64,000 bases of DNA, taken from the NCBI RefSeq assembly GCF_009914755.1, contig NC_060935.1. One strand, given 5' to 3'. The DNA comes from the human T2T-CHM13v2.0 reference genome, Homo sapiens. Below the pieces are notes generated by a model. The model was not told the origin of the DNA and made no database searches. It was given only the letters and a program-made list of their open reading frames with translations. This document shows positions 19,744 to 33,415 of this stretch, piece by piece (position 1 is the stretch's first letter; each line of letters begins with the position of its first letter). Position numbers and translations under genes: made by a program.

Positions 19744-20688
19744 TCAGAATGTGTGTAAAATCACTTTTCTTCGCCATAGTTTTATCAAAGTCCTCTTCAT
19801 CTCACTGTTTCGTAAGCTATAGATGAGCGGATTGAGCAGAGGGGTAAGCAACGTGTAAGCCAATGAGATCAGTTTCTTGGTTTCGGGTGAGTAGCCAGAT
19901 TTGGGTTGTAAATAAGTCATATTGGCTGTGCCATAGAACAGGGTCACAGATGTGAGGTGAGAGGCACAGGTGGAAAAGGCCTTTTGTCTCCCAGTAGTTG
20001 ATGGCATCTTCAGGATGGCAAACAGAACTCGAATGTAAGACAAGAGGATCAACAAGAAAGGAACCATAACAATCAAAATGGTGCCTGTGAAGGCATAGAT
20101 TTCAAATAAGAAGGTGTCTGCACACACAAGCTCTAGTACCGGGGGAGTCTCACAGAAGAGATGATTAATTTCATTGGGGCCACAAAATGGAAAACTAAAT
20201 ACCCAAGTGGTCTGCACAGTAGCCACCATGATCCCTGAGATCCATGAGAATATTACTAATTTCATAAAAACCCCTCTGTTCATAATCACTGGGTAGTTCA
20301 GAGGATGGCAAATTGCAGCAAATCGGTCATAAGCCATCGCTCCCAGGAGAAAACATTCAGTCCCACCAAAAAGAAGGATGAAATACATCTGTGCAAAACA
20401 GCCCACAAAAGAAATCATAGTTTTCTCAGTAGAGAGCACCACCAGCATTTCAGGCGTAATGACTGCACTGAAACTCACCTCCACCACAGATAGGTTCAGG
20501 AGGAACAGGTACATGGGAACGTGGAGGCTCTGGTTTAAGGAGATGATGACTGTAATGATGGCATTTCCCATCAGGGTCACCACATAAATAACTAGGAAAA
20601 CCCCAAAGAGCTGCACCTGGAGCTCAGGAAAGTTAGAAAAGCCCAGGAGGATGAATTCAACCACACAGCTTTGATTTTGTCTTTTCAT
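19744..20688 (-). CDS. OR10A3: Olfactory receptor 10A3, 314 aa, intact
   Basis: All OR motifs intact; N-terminus MKRQNQSCVVEF, C-terminus RRKVILHTF recognised. Confidence 0.97.
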   Translation of the reverse strand: MKRQNQSCVVEFILLGFSNFPELQVQLFGVFLVIYVVTLMGNAIITVIISLNQSLHVPMYLFLLNLSVVEVSFSAVITPEMLVVLSTEKTMISFVGCFAQMYFILLFGGTECFLLGAMAYDRFAAICHPLNYPVIMNRGVFMKLVIFSWISGIMVATVQTTWVFSFPFCGPNEINHLFCETPPVLELVCADTFLFEIYAFTGTILIVMVPFLLILLSYIRVLFAILKMPSTTGRQKAFSTCASHLTSVTLFYGTANMTYLQPKSGYSPETKKLISLAYTLLTPLLNPLIYSLRNSEMKRTLIKLWRRKVILHTF

Positions 20689-21859
20689 TTCAGTAGTTGA
20701 AACTTATATTGTTTTTATGGACCTGGTATATCGAGTATGAAGTCGTAATCTCATAGCTGTGAGTTCAAGTCTGGAATTCTTGACAGCAGATGTAATGACA
20801 AGCTCATTTTGACAGAACTTCAGGTTGGCACTTTTGAAGAATGGCCAATGACTTGTAATAGTGAATCTTTAAAATACAAATAAAGAAGTGAAGTATTTTG
20901 GTTCAGAAATCTTGTTTTTAAAGTACAAAATAACAGTAAATGTTATCTGGCAACATCTTTGTTTTGTAGGTTGCTCTCTCTCTCCTCTCTTAATGCCAAG
21001 TTCCCCTTTAAAAGCCTCTGCTTTCTTTCCAAAAAGTGAAGCAGTGTCCTTAAAGGCAGGAGCCTATACCTCTTCCCTTAGTTGGATTCTGCAAGCAAAG
21101 AGCAACTGAACCTGAGTTTTGGTTACGCCTGGATTGCGAGCTAGTCTGGAACTTGGCTGCAGTCCTAACTCTGCCACTGTCTCCAAGATGGGTCTCTGCC
21201 TCTGCTGCACTTGGGTTCCCCATCTGTATGGGTTAGAAGCAGCAGAATGATCCCTTCTGGCTCTGACATAGGTGTTTCTCTAATTTGTTGATAGAAAACT
21301 GCAGGCTGCAAGGCCTCAACTCCAATCAGATGGGAGCTGGGCTGAAGGGAACATGGAGTAGTGGTGGGTGGGAACATAGGCAGCACACATGCTGCCTGAG
21401 TCACTTTGGGCCTGCCAATCCCATGCGGAGATGACCATTTTCTTCCCAATCCAACTGCCCCTCCAGAGCCACTCTCAGGGCAAAGCGACTTCATTCTCTC
21501 TGCTCTCAACCAGAGCAACAATCCTTGTCTCCCAGTATTCCCTTCACTGTCAGGGCCCACAAGTCTTTAAAATCTGGAGTCCTCCTGGCCTCACGAGTCC
21601 ATCCCCGCTGACACGCTCCACCTCACTGCCTCTTTTCCTCTCCCTTCACCTCCTCTACCTTTAAACGGAAACCTAACTGGCTATTCCATGTTTTATACCC
21701 GTTCCTCCAATCTGTACCTCAAATTTCTGACAAAATAATATCACCCTCCCTCCGAGAAACTTCAGAGTCTCCCCTTATCAGTAAAATACAATGCCCACTT
21801 CTCAGGCTGGCATTTAAGGGGAACTAGAGTGATAACAATTGCTTTAGGAATGTAAATGA

Positions 21860-24000
21860 GGGAAACATTACTTCTGAATGGACAGTGAGGGTGGGAAACC
21901 ATAATCACAAGATGACAAGGGTGGAAGGTCCATTAAGCAGAGGAGAAAAAGCATAAGGAGGAAGGCTGCCTTGCTCAGATAGAAGGTATTCAATGACACC
22001 TTAGTACTAGCATGGACCTCCAAACTGGACTTTGTGTGATGCTTCAAAAACCAGCAGAATTTTACTGTGGGACAAGAGGAAGCCAGGAGGAGAGGACACA
22101 GCAAGCTGAAGACATCTTGATTTCATATCATTAGGACATTAGCAGAGAGGAAAAGGCAATTGATTTATTGAGTCTGACCATAGTGATATTAAAAACCAAA
22201 TATATGTTTTAACTATAACAAAATTTTTTGGATGTAAAAAATCTCCTAAAATAGACTTGGCAGGAAAAAAAAATGCCTAAGTATCATTTTAATAGACAAA
22301 ACTACATTTTCAGCTCCAGGCCTATAAAACCAAATACGTTTGTAAAATGAGAAAATTTAGAGTATCCTACTAAAAATGGGCAACTTTTAAGGAGCTGATA
22401 AAGCAAAGTTACAAAACAAATCTAAATTACTGCCTTCATGAGTAATTTTTTTAAGCTGAACTTAAATGCTCCATCTTTTCCCTTTAACATAAAACAACAT
22501 AATGCTGATTTAGCTAATTCACTGATATGTTCTACTGGCTCTGGCATTAACTTTCTGTATAATCTTGGGCAAATAACTCCCTCATCAGGGTTTCATCTTT
22601 CTAACCAATTGGACTTATTTCTGACCGCTTTCACCCCGCTCCCTCAACTACATACCTCTAAGAATTGATGGTTTGTGCAAGCAAACCGTCTATAGATCTA
22701 ATTACTGTCGAACTTTTATGTGAATATGAAGGGCACAGCAATTGACTTTCTTACCTGAGCATTGAGTTATCACTTGATAAGTATCTCCAATTATCAGTGA
22801 GGATAACTACAGAAGGCAAACCCACCAACAAGTACCAAAGCAGAATCTTCAGATCCTTATCTATTCACTGTCCCTGATTTTCATCCCATTTATGTTTTAC
22901 CTCTTCAATTAAAAAGCACTTCCTAAATACAACTTAGTGATTCAATGCATTGATTTTAAATTATACTGCATTAAATTTTATGCCCTGAGAGAAATCTTCT
23001 CTGGAGAACTGACACACAATTTATACAGACTTTCCTGTATGGGGGCAAGGAATCTCCGCTGCACAAACTTGGAATACGACTCTTCCAGGTTTCCATAGGG
23101 AATTAACACCTCTTCACATGAGAGACCCAATTCCACCAAGACCTTTCCCATTAAGAAATGAAAGCAGAGACTGAATGAATGTTAATAAATAGGCACAAAT
23201 GCAGAAGGGAGAAAAGAATGTGAGCGTGAGTAAAGGCAGAGTGATTTGGACAGAGGATCTGATTGGACAAGATAGACAGTTTGTGCAATGGTAGGAAATG
23301 TGTTATGGCAAGTAAATTGAAGTTACTTTGTGGAAAGCCTGGAGATACCAAAACTTATATTTTCTAGTAGTAATATGGAAATACTAAATTTTGGGGGAAA
23401 GTCTTTTAGATAATTTTATAGTCGAAACTTTTTAACTTGAAGTCAAAACATCTGAACTAATATGACTTTGAGCATCATGTCTCTTCTCTGGCTCTATTAC
23501 TTTTTTGATAAAATCAAGATAATGTTATTAACTTCACAAAGTATATGTAACAATCAGAGGACTCAGAGTTAAGTTCACACTGATTTGAGCAATCAATAAG
23601 ACTATTAGCTCAGTTCCAGCAAAGTATAGGGATGAATAAATCTGTAGGCTTGGCTTTATCCAGAACTCAGATAATGTTTCCAGGACCTGGATTTCTTTTT
23701 TTCTCTATTTCTCATCTCTGCTTTCCTAGAGTAGGTTCTATTCTCAATGAATATTTTCCCTTTAGTGTCAATAAGGCTGCTAACAACACTTAGGGATAGA
23801 TCCTCTCTGTATCCAGTGGGCAATGTACCAGTTATCCTGAGGATAAAGGGTTTTTATTTGTAAAAACTAATCCAAGAACCCCTCCTGTATCATTTACTAT
23901 GGTGGGATTACATGACTATCCACCTATAAACCAGACACTGTGACTGTGAATGAGATGAGAAATGCTACCTAATATGCAAATTTCATGGCATTCTATCCTA
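21860..24000. repeat. Paralogous upstream block of the OR10A6/OR10A3 tandem duplication (partner ~11560-13450)
   Basis: Collinear similar segments, e.g. 11690-11830 vs 22130-22250, 12270-12560 vs 22760-23040, 13120-13330 vs 23635-23850. Confidence 0.8.
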
Positions 24001-24844
24001 TAACCAGGTACAGCATCAATTCTAACTATGCATACCTGAAAATGTTTAATTTTTTAAAAATCCCCAAGGTACTGTTTATAGGAGAAGGAGGTCAAAGAAT
24101 GATGGTGATTCAACACACAAATGCTCTATACATAAAGCATGGTATCCTTTAAATTATTATATGAATACAAGGAAGTGAGATGAAAGCTGAGAAACAATAA
24201 TGTTGCATTATTTATTTTTGCAAGATGGACTGGACAGAAGTAGAACTAGGATGTAATGAATGGAGAAAAATCATGTATACTGTAGAGGATAAATAGTAAT
24301 ATATAGTCCTGGATATGAATGTGTTACATAAAGAAGACAGGATTTCAAATGTTTGTGGAAGAGAGGATGAATAAATAGAAACATGGACAGGGAAGTCCAT
24401 AAATAAATCACTTCAAGGGCTTTGCACACCTTTGGAACTGGTTCCTGAGTCCAAGAGTGAGGGGAAAAGGGATATACTTACCCTCGTAAAATAAGTCAAG
24501 GAGCAAATAGTCACACACTCTATTAATGAAGAAGTCTTCTCAGAATTGACAATCCCTTCGTTGAACAAGCTGAAAACCTGACTGTAAAGGCATTGTTATG
24601 AGCCTATACAGATGTCCCAGTCCCCTGAGTCATGCAAAAAAAAAGAAAAATCCATTGAAACCCTTGAAGTGGGAAATGGGAAGTGTGATATACAGAAATT
24701 ATCTTCTTTCCTGTGAGTCTGTTACCTAAGATGCAAAGCAACAGAGTAAGTGCCATCAGCAGGCAATGGGAACAGCAACAATTTTTGGGGGGTGGGGGAG
24801 GGTGTTACGATGGTGGTATTGTTGGACCTATCATTGTATGTAGG

Positions 24845-27800
24845 GCTCCCTTGAGAATTTCTTGAAAGGTCAGTCTAGTGGTGATGAATTCCCTCAGTTT
24901 TTGCTTGTCGGGAAAAACTTTATTTCTCCTTCCATTCTGAAGGATAGCTTTTCTTGGTATAGTATTCTTGGCCACCAATTATTTTCTTTCAGCACTTTGA
25001 AAATATGACTGTCTCTTTGCTTATAGAATTTCTGCAGAGAAACCTGCTGTAAGTCTAAAGAGGACTCCCTTATATGTGACTTGATGCTTTTCTCTTGATG
25101 TTTTTAGAATTCTCTTTTTATCTTTGACTTTTAACAGTTTGACTATAATGTGCCTCAGGAAGGATCTTTTGGGGTTAAATATGTTTGGGGACTTTGAGCT
25201 TACTGGATCTGGGTCTTCATATCTCTCCCAAGACTCTGAAAGTTTTTAACTATTATTTTGTTTGATAGGTTTTCTATGCCTTTTCCCATCTCTTCCAGAA
25301 CTCTCATGATACAAATATCTGTTTGCTTAATGGTGTCCCATAAGTCCTATAGGCCTTTTTCATTCTATTTTACTTATTTTATTTTTATTTTCACTCACTG
25401 GCTAATTTCAAACAACTGATCTTCAAGTTCAGATATTCATTCTTCTGCTTGATCTGGTCTGGCTATTGAAGCTCTCTGTTGTATTTTTTATTTCATTCAT
25501 TGAATTCTTCAGCTGCAGGATTTCTGTTTGGTTTCTTTTTATGATATCTGTCACTGTGTTAAATTTCTCATTCATATCATGAATTGTTTTCTTGATTTTG
25601 TTGAATCTTCTATACGTATTCTCTTGTATTTTACTGAGTTTCCTTAGGATCGTTATTTTGAATTCCTTTTCTGGCAACTCATAGATCTTTTTTCCTGTGA
25701 GATCTGTTATTAAAGAGTTATTGTGTTCCTTTGGTGGTGTCGTATTTCTTTATTTTTCATGTCTTTTGTGTCTCTGCATTTATGTCTCTGCATCTGGTGG
25801 AAAAATTGCATCTTCCAAACTTTATAGAGGGGCTTTCATAGAAAAGGAATTTCACCTGCAGTTGTGTCTTTGTGTGGCTATTGAGAAAGGTGTAGTGACT
25901 CTGGTTCTGAGTAGATGTAGTAGTATAGTCTCTGTGCAATTTCTTCAACTGCAATCAACATCAGCAATAACTGTGGGTGCCTCAGTGTTGTGGCCTGTAG
26001 AAGCTTGTGGCAGTGGCAATGGTGGCATGGGTTGTTAAGGTGCTCAGTAACAAGGGCTTTGGAGGTCCTCCTTTTCTCATTTTTCCCATAATGGGGAGAG
26101 GTAGCTGAGGTGTCTCCTCTTGGTGTCAGATCTGACATGGCCTACACGCAGCTGCAGCAGTGCTAGGTTCCAGGTGCATGTGCTCAGAGCATCTGTGGAG
26201 CTGGAGTACTAAGCTCAGGGTCTCAGGAACCTATTGTGTGACCAGCTTGGGTCTTAATGTGCAGGTTCACCCTCTGTAGTGGGGTTGGATATAGACTGCC
26301 AACAGTATCTGTGACTCTGAGGCATCCCCTAGCAGCTGAGGCCTAGAAAGTCAGGTTGTATCTATGACTCTGACCCTGGAGATTAGGACATAACACTGGC
26401 TTAGCTCTGGGGAAGAAGGGGTGCTTCAGAGGTTTGGGCCCAGGCAGCATGGTACAGCTGCAATTTGGGAACCAGAACCAATAAAGTTCAGTGGCAACTC
26501 AGGTCCCAGGGGATGAGAAATCATGCTGTGGTAACTCTAGACCTTGGGAAGGTGGGAGTATCCCAGACTCTGTGAGGCAGGTGTAGTGACAGTGCAGACT
26601 CCAGAATGGTGGATCACAGCTGTTGTTTGGGCCCTGGGGGACAGGGAGCAGCACAGTGATGACTCTACTTCCTGGGAATGAGGGGTGTCTCAGCAGCTCA
26701 TGCCCTAGGGGGCTAGTCCAGCTCCAGGAGAGTAGGGTACTTGAGTTGTTTGGCCTCCAGAGCATGGTGTCTAAGCTCAGGCACTGCTCTGTTTCCCTGG
26801 GATGCAGGGTACTAATATAGCTAAGCCTTGATATGTACAGCTACTCAGCCTAGGCACCAATTCCCCAGGGGCAATGTGTCACTTCAGCTAAGGACTGGGG
26901 GCATGACCACTCTGGGTGGCCCAGGCACCATTTCCCCAGGATGCAGGGCATGCTTCTGCTTAGGCTCCAGGGAGGCATGACTGCTCTGAGCAGCCAAGGT
27001 ACTGTTTTTCCAGGAAGCAGGATACTGGTTCAGCTCACACACAGAGGGGCAGAACACAGCAGCAACTGGGAAGGGTATATGGAACGACTTCACCAAAGCA
27101 CTGTTTCCCTGGGAGGTAGTACATAGCTTCAGCTCAAGTCCTGTGGAGCAGAGCGTGACAGCAGCTGGAGAGGTTTTTGGAGCAGCTCTGTAGAGGCAAC
27201 ATTTCCTCAGGAGTGGATGAGCAGCTTTAACTCAGGCTCCTAGGGGGAAGGTGCAGCAACAACTGGAAAGGGTAGATGGGCAGGTCTGCCAAAGCACTGT
27301 TTCTGTGGGAGGGAGTATGCAGCTTCAGCTCCAGCCTGAAGGGGTGAGGTACAGCAGCAAATGGGAAGGGTAGGTACAGCTGCTCACTGGTTACAGATGT
27401 TGGGCCACTGGGTAGGGGTAGTTTGGAGCCTCAGGGGTGAATGGGTGCTGTGGTCACTCACCCCCAAAGCAAAACACACTCCAGCAGTATTCCCAGGTTC
27501 AAGACAGCATTGTAATGCATAGCTGCATGGGCCACAGTCAGGGGCTGAGACAGGGGCTGGGACACAGGGCACAGTGTCAACTCCACTGGTGACAGAGGGG
27601 AGCACAGGTATAGCTATGGACTCCAGGCAGCTCTCTTAGCTGGGCTTAGTGCCTGTGAGGACTACAAGAGTCCATAACACTGAGGACTATAGGTGTCCGA
27701 GGTGTTGATGGGGCCTGCTGAGGTGACCTTGCTTGCCTTTTCCCTGCAAGGAGAAGTCCTTACTGGTTCCAAGCTGATCCCAGCTGGCAAATGGGGTGAT

Positions 27801-28012
27801 GGGGCCCAGGTGCTTCCTTCCATTCTCTGTGTGGCTGTCCTGAGTTTCTCTGCCCACCCAGGGTTTCTGTGGCTCCCTTGATAAACTTTGGTGCTCTCCT
27901 TTAGTTATTTTTATCAAAATGTAGTGGTTTATAGTGGTTTATTTGTTGTTTTGGCTATCTTTGTGGGGGATGGGTAGGACGAGCACTATGGACTTTTAGA
28001 GGGCTATCTTGC
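24845..28012 (-). mobile_element. Old L1M 5' end: long GC-rich 5'UTR with tandem repeats plus ORF1; no ORF2 or 3' end attached
   Basis: ORF 25429-25677 (MPEKEFKITILRKLSKIQEN...EILQLKNSMNEIKN) is an L1 ORF1 coiled coil; CAAGATAGCC start motif at ~28011. Confidence 0.8.
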
Positions 28013-29349
28013 TGTCATCAAAATCCAAATATATATAATTTTTTTAAAAATAGCAATTGATGAAGAAGCACTCTACCAGGAAGAGGCATACCCAGTGCTC
28101 TTGCCTCTCAGGATTCCCTTTGGACACTGTAATATGATGTATACTTTGGAGAGCAGGATGGTAAGGGTCAGACAGGAGTGGTATGATACATAAACAGTTA
28201 ACATTTTAGACATGAAAGTCTCAACAGTTATACATGTCCTTTAAATATTTGCTGTCCCCCAGGGTAAAGAAAGAAGCTTATACTTTACATTCTCTGAAAG
28301 AGGACCTCTTTTCTTTTGCATAGAAATATAAATATATCTATCACTGCCAAGAAAAATGTAAATTTCTGTTATAAAATCCTCCAGGAACATCACAATTGAC
28401 AGTCTCTAAGGTAGCATCCCTAAAACCATAGGGACCCTAAGGGGCCTCTCCCCAGAGAACCAATCCCCAGTAATCTCTAAGTATCAGCCTGGTCTTGCAA
28501 AACTTCATGCCTAGGGCAGAGTTTCTTTCATTCTTTCCTCAGATTTGCCTTTCAGGAACTTGACTGTGGAAGCAGCAGGGAGAATGGATTTGAGGAGGCT
28601 GCTAAAGTTAACCAGGTGAACAGTGGGTAAGCTTCGGAAAAATTAAGTGGTATAGGCAATTGGATTGGTGATTGATGGAAATCTGGGAGATGAGAACAAG
28701 GCAAGAGTGACAACTAAGTTTTGGCATAAGCAACTGAGCAAAACTTAAAAGACAAAATAGAGGATTGGATGATGAGTTCAATCTGAAACACGTGAGTTTG
28801 GGGTCAACCAAGTAGAAAAGTCCAGTAGGCAGCAGGATATACTACTCTCACAATTTTTATTCATCAATTATACCACAATAAAGCTGGAAGATAACAAAAA
28901 GAAAGGAAGGGAATAGATTGAGTAGGTATAAAGGGATAAGATCTGGGCTTCTGTCTTAAACAGAAGTGCAAAGATCTCATCTGTGGTGACAGGAGAGAAG
29001 GCAGAGTAAAGGGGTACATTTTGATGGTTCTAAGCTTGGTTCACCTTTGTATTCAGACCAGTCTGGGAATCACTGACAGCTGCTAGAGCTGATAAATTCA
29101 GAAACAATTTATTTGAAGGACAGAGGAGACTTTGGGGGAGAAAGTAGTCCTGAAAAAGAAAACAGAAGGCTAAAGCTTTGAAAATTGAGAATAGTGAGGA
29201 GGCAGAAGATGTGGGAAGATGGGAATAGGGCCAGGGCAGTAAGACTGAGATTCTGAGCACAGTCTGTGTCCTCATCTTAAGGAGGCTTAATGGCAGAGTC
29301 TTAAGAGAGGGGACTGCCTTCAAACAGCAGGAAAATCAATTTGTAAAGG

Positions 29350-29770
29350 AGAGGTCATCTCTCTAACATCCCTGGGGACATAGAGTTTCTAAGAAAGCCT
29401 CAGTTTGGTGACCTATGGGATAAGCTGTCCAGATCTACCTTCAAGAATGAAGAATCTTCAGGAATGAAGATTTTGCGAGTGCCAGAAAGGCCTGAGCTGT
29501 CAGCCCCTAAAAGGACTGCTTCACCTGGGGCATCTGTACCTACTAACTGATCAATGTCAGAGAATAAGGGCTTGGCCCCCACTGTGACGGTCAGGACATC
29601 TCTGAAGGGTCATCCCCGCCTTCAGTCCATTGAAGCCTTCAGGAAGTCTGCCTCAAAACTCAACTTCTTTCTTCGCTAAATCCTGCCCTTCTTTCCTTCC
29701 CTTCCACAGATGTTGATCCCATTGCACACTAATCTCTATCGCAGCATTTCCTGCAGAACCTAATCTACTA
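29350..29770 (+). mobile_element. Old ERVL LTR (LTR16-like)
   Basis: GGACATCTCTGAAGGGTCATCC...CTTCCACAGATGTTGATCCC...AGAACCTAATCTA pattern; boundaries approximate. Confidence 0.5.
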
Positions 29771-31511
29771 TTTAAACTATTTAAACAATAGTTTAAAAAT
29801 ATGAATGTTTGGATCCTGACAACACCAGCAGGCACTGAAGACCCTGCATGGGGGTTGTGGGACTCTGCACCTTTGCTTTAAACATAACCACTGAAACCCC
29901 AGAAGCACCTCTCTCACCAAAGATAGTATCTTGAAGCACAGCTGAAGTTCCTGTGCCTCAGTTACCTTGTCTACAAAAGCAGAGGAATTACATTAACACT
30001 CTTTAGGCTCATACCCACTTCTAGGATGCTATTCTATTTCATTTTTCTGTTCATTATGGTAATAACAAAAGAAAGAGAACAAGGGAGATAAAATAACATG
30101 AAGAAGAAAGGGCTTAATGCATTACAAAAACCAAAGAGCAAAGAGTGAAGGAGAGAGTGGCAGAGATGATTAGGAGAGGTGTGCATGCAAGCCTGGTAGG
30201 TTCATTAGGATTTTTTCCCCAATTATAATGGGTTTTTAAATATTTTCCACAGATAAAACTGTCAGAGTTTTGTTTCAAAATTACTACTTTTTTATTGTGC
30301 TAGGTGTTAAAATGAATAGATTTGGAATGAAATAAATGTCTCATAATTATCCCTACTCCTATGGAAATGATAATGTCATCTTCAAAATGAGGGAAGATTG
30401 ACTTCGAGCTGTTTCAACAAAAAGTGGGTCTAATGAGCAAAGGTGTGATTAGAGCCAATCTGGTCAAGAACACTATCCACCTGCCCATGCAATCTGGCAA
30501 AGTCATAAATTCATTCCATTGGGACTGGCTAAAAGACTGAATGGATCGATACACCTGTTAAATCATTCCATAGTCAAACATATGTTGACAGCTCAAACTT
30601 ATTTTTATCAGCCTGGTCTTAGATACATGTAAAAGTAGATACATGTAAAAGTTTGGATTCAGTGGCCATTTAGACCCTGTGATTACAACAGACTGTGAGT
30701 CCCTCAAGGGCAGGGGTTTTTCAGTTTTGAAGCTCCTGTGACTATCAGTGTTGCTGGAAGGTAATTAGATAGTAGATTTATTAATTGAACAGAGATATAA
30801 ATGAACAACGAAAAGCATAATTAATTGATTTGAATTAATTTGAGTCTATGTGACTTAGCTTCATGTGAAAACGGATCTCCAGTGAGCATCCAGTGTATAG
30901 ACAACAAAAAGATGTCCCATAAAATTTTTTTTAACATATTCTCAGGTTACACGAAGCAAATTGAATTATTCCCTTAAATGGCTAAGTGTATTCCCATTTG
31001 GAGTTTAGAATCTGATGGTTCCCAGTTGGACCCTCCCAAGTTTGAACCAACTTTCCCAAGTCATTCACAGATAAGTTTTTAGCTACAGAAATGAAAATCC
31101 TGTCTCTATTTAGTGGTATCTGGGTGCTTTCCCAAGATGGTGGCATTGAGTATATCTTCAGGCTTATCTAAAGTAGAAACTTTTCAGAAAGCAATGTAGC
31201 AATACTATATCTGTTAAAATTAAAAGTACATTTACTCCTTGATCCAGCTCTCCCCCTTGGGATATATATGCATACAGCTGTTTATTGCATCATAGTTTGT
31301 TTTGGCAAAAAAATTGAAACTGATAGCCAACAAATACTGTGTTATTGTATAAATAGTGCGATACCCAATATTATGCAGTGACTTAAAAGGATGAATTAGA
31401 CCAAATGAACTAACCTGGAGAAATATCTTTGATCTATGGTATTGCCAAAATACACAGTCCTTCTATCTTTACAAATTCAAATTGTGTGCAATGGCCTACA
31501 ACCAAATAACA

Positions 31512-32025
31512 CCACAGTGTGTGTAAAACCACTTTCTTCTCCAGTTTCCTAAGTACCCTTTAGATCTCAAGCTGTAGTTCAACAGATTAGCAGAGAGATG
31601 AGCAGAAAGCAGGCCAGAGATTTAAGTTTCTTATTTCCTAAGGAGCAGCCAGATTTCACTTGTAATAAATGATATTGGTTGTACCCATAAAAGACAAATA
31701 TATGACAAGAATTTTAGCAAGAAAAAAATCATAAGATTTAGGATGATGTTCATAAATGCAGATTTCATGTATATAAGCTCTAGCATTGGTGAGATTTCAC
31801 AATAGGGACCATTAATTTCATTACAGCCACAATAGCAAAAATTAAGTTTGTATCCCCAAAATGCAACACAGAAAGACAAAGAAATTATTAGAAAAAAATG
31901 CAAGACTTAAAGGCTAGAAGACTCAACAACTACATGCAATTTTTACCAAGAAATTCTAACTCATTGGAGCATGAGGTGTTTTTGTTTCTTCCAATAACTA
32001 TTACCAATTAGATCACGAAAAAAAT
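31512..32025 (-). pseudogene. Highly decayed OR10A-like pseudogene relic
   Basis: Ordered motifs on minus strand: LIGNS (TM1, ~32000), HAPM (~31965), CYCGCNEINGPYCEISPMLEL (ECL2, ~31790-31840), EI*RVLRK..RRK-VVLHTL (C-terminus, 31512-31568). Confidence 0.75.
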
Positions 32026-32154
32026 CCTTTTTCCATTGCATAGCATTTCTCTTGATGACATTTTGGGCAGACTTATGTATGTTTTCAGCTAGTTAGTTGT
32101 TAAACTAGTTTCATTCTACTATTAAGAGTTTAATCTCTTTAAAAATCCAAACTT

Positions 32155-32469
<315 letters not shown>

Positions 32470-32617
32470 TTATAACTTATTCAAATTCTTCTTCTTCCCA
32501 CCTCAAATATATACTAGAGTGATGCAAACTGGGGTAGTGGAAGCAGAGTGTGTTCCCTAGACACTTATCTTACCATCTTTTAGCAAAGATGTGGAACAAA
32601 TAGAACTCTCATACATT

Positions 32618-33415
32618 TCTTTTTTCATTTTAATTTTTATTGTAGATTCAAGGGAAATGCATGCAAATTTGTTATAAGAGTATATTGCGTGATGCTGAAG
32701 TTTCAGCTTCTATTGATTCTGTCACCCAGATAGTGAGCATAGTACCCTACAGGAAGTTTTTCAGCCATTGCCCCCATCTCTCCTTTCATCTTTTTGGAGT
32801 CCCAGTGTGTGTTATTCCCATCTTTGTGTCCGTGTGCATCCAGGGTTTAACTCCCACTTATAAGTGAGAACATGCAATATTTGGTTTTCTGTTTCTGCAT
32901 TAATTTGCTTAGGATAATGGCCTCCAGCTGCATTCATTTTGCTGCCAAAGACATGATTTTATTCTTTTTATGGCTGTGTAGTATTCCATGGTGTATATGT
33001 ACCACATTTTCTTTATCAATGCACCACTGATGGGTACCTAGGTTGTTTCCAAGTCTTTGCTATTGGAATAGTGCTGCAATAAACATATGAGTGCAGGTGT
33101 CTTTTTGGTAGAACGATTTATTGTCCTTCGGGTACATACCCAGAAATGAGATTTCTGGGTGGAATGGTAGTTCATTTTTATTTCTTTGAGAAATCTATAA
33201 ACTGCTTTCCACTGGGGCTGAACCAATTTACATTCTCACCAACAGTATATAAGTGTTCCGTTTTCGCTACAGCCTTGCCAGCATCTGTTGTGTTTTAACT
33301 CTTTAGTAATAGCCATTCTGGCTGGTATGAAATGATATCTCATTGTGGTTTTGATTTACCATTTCTCTGATGATTAGTGATATTGAGCATTTTTTCATGT
33401 TTGTTGGCCACTTGT
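32618..33415 (-). mobile_element. L1 3' end (older L1PA/L1PB)
   Basis: Reverse L1 3'UTR (CCCACTTATAAGTGAGAACATG) and ORF2 C-terminal remnant; near-TSD TCTCATACATTTCT at both ends. Confidence 0.8.

Noticed and set aside
26780-27380. Repeat-spacer-like periodicity resembling a CRISPR array
   Set aside because: Degenerate whole-unit tandem repeats inside an L1 5'UTR in a mammalian genome; no identical repeats with unique spacers and no cas genes
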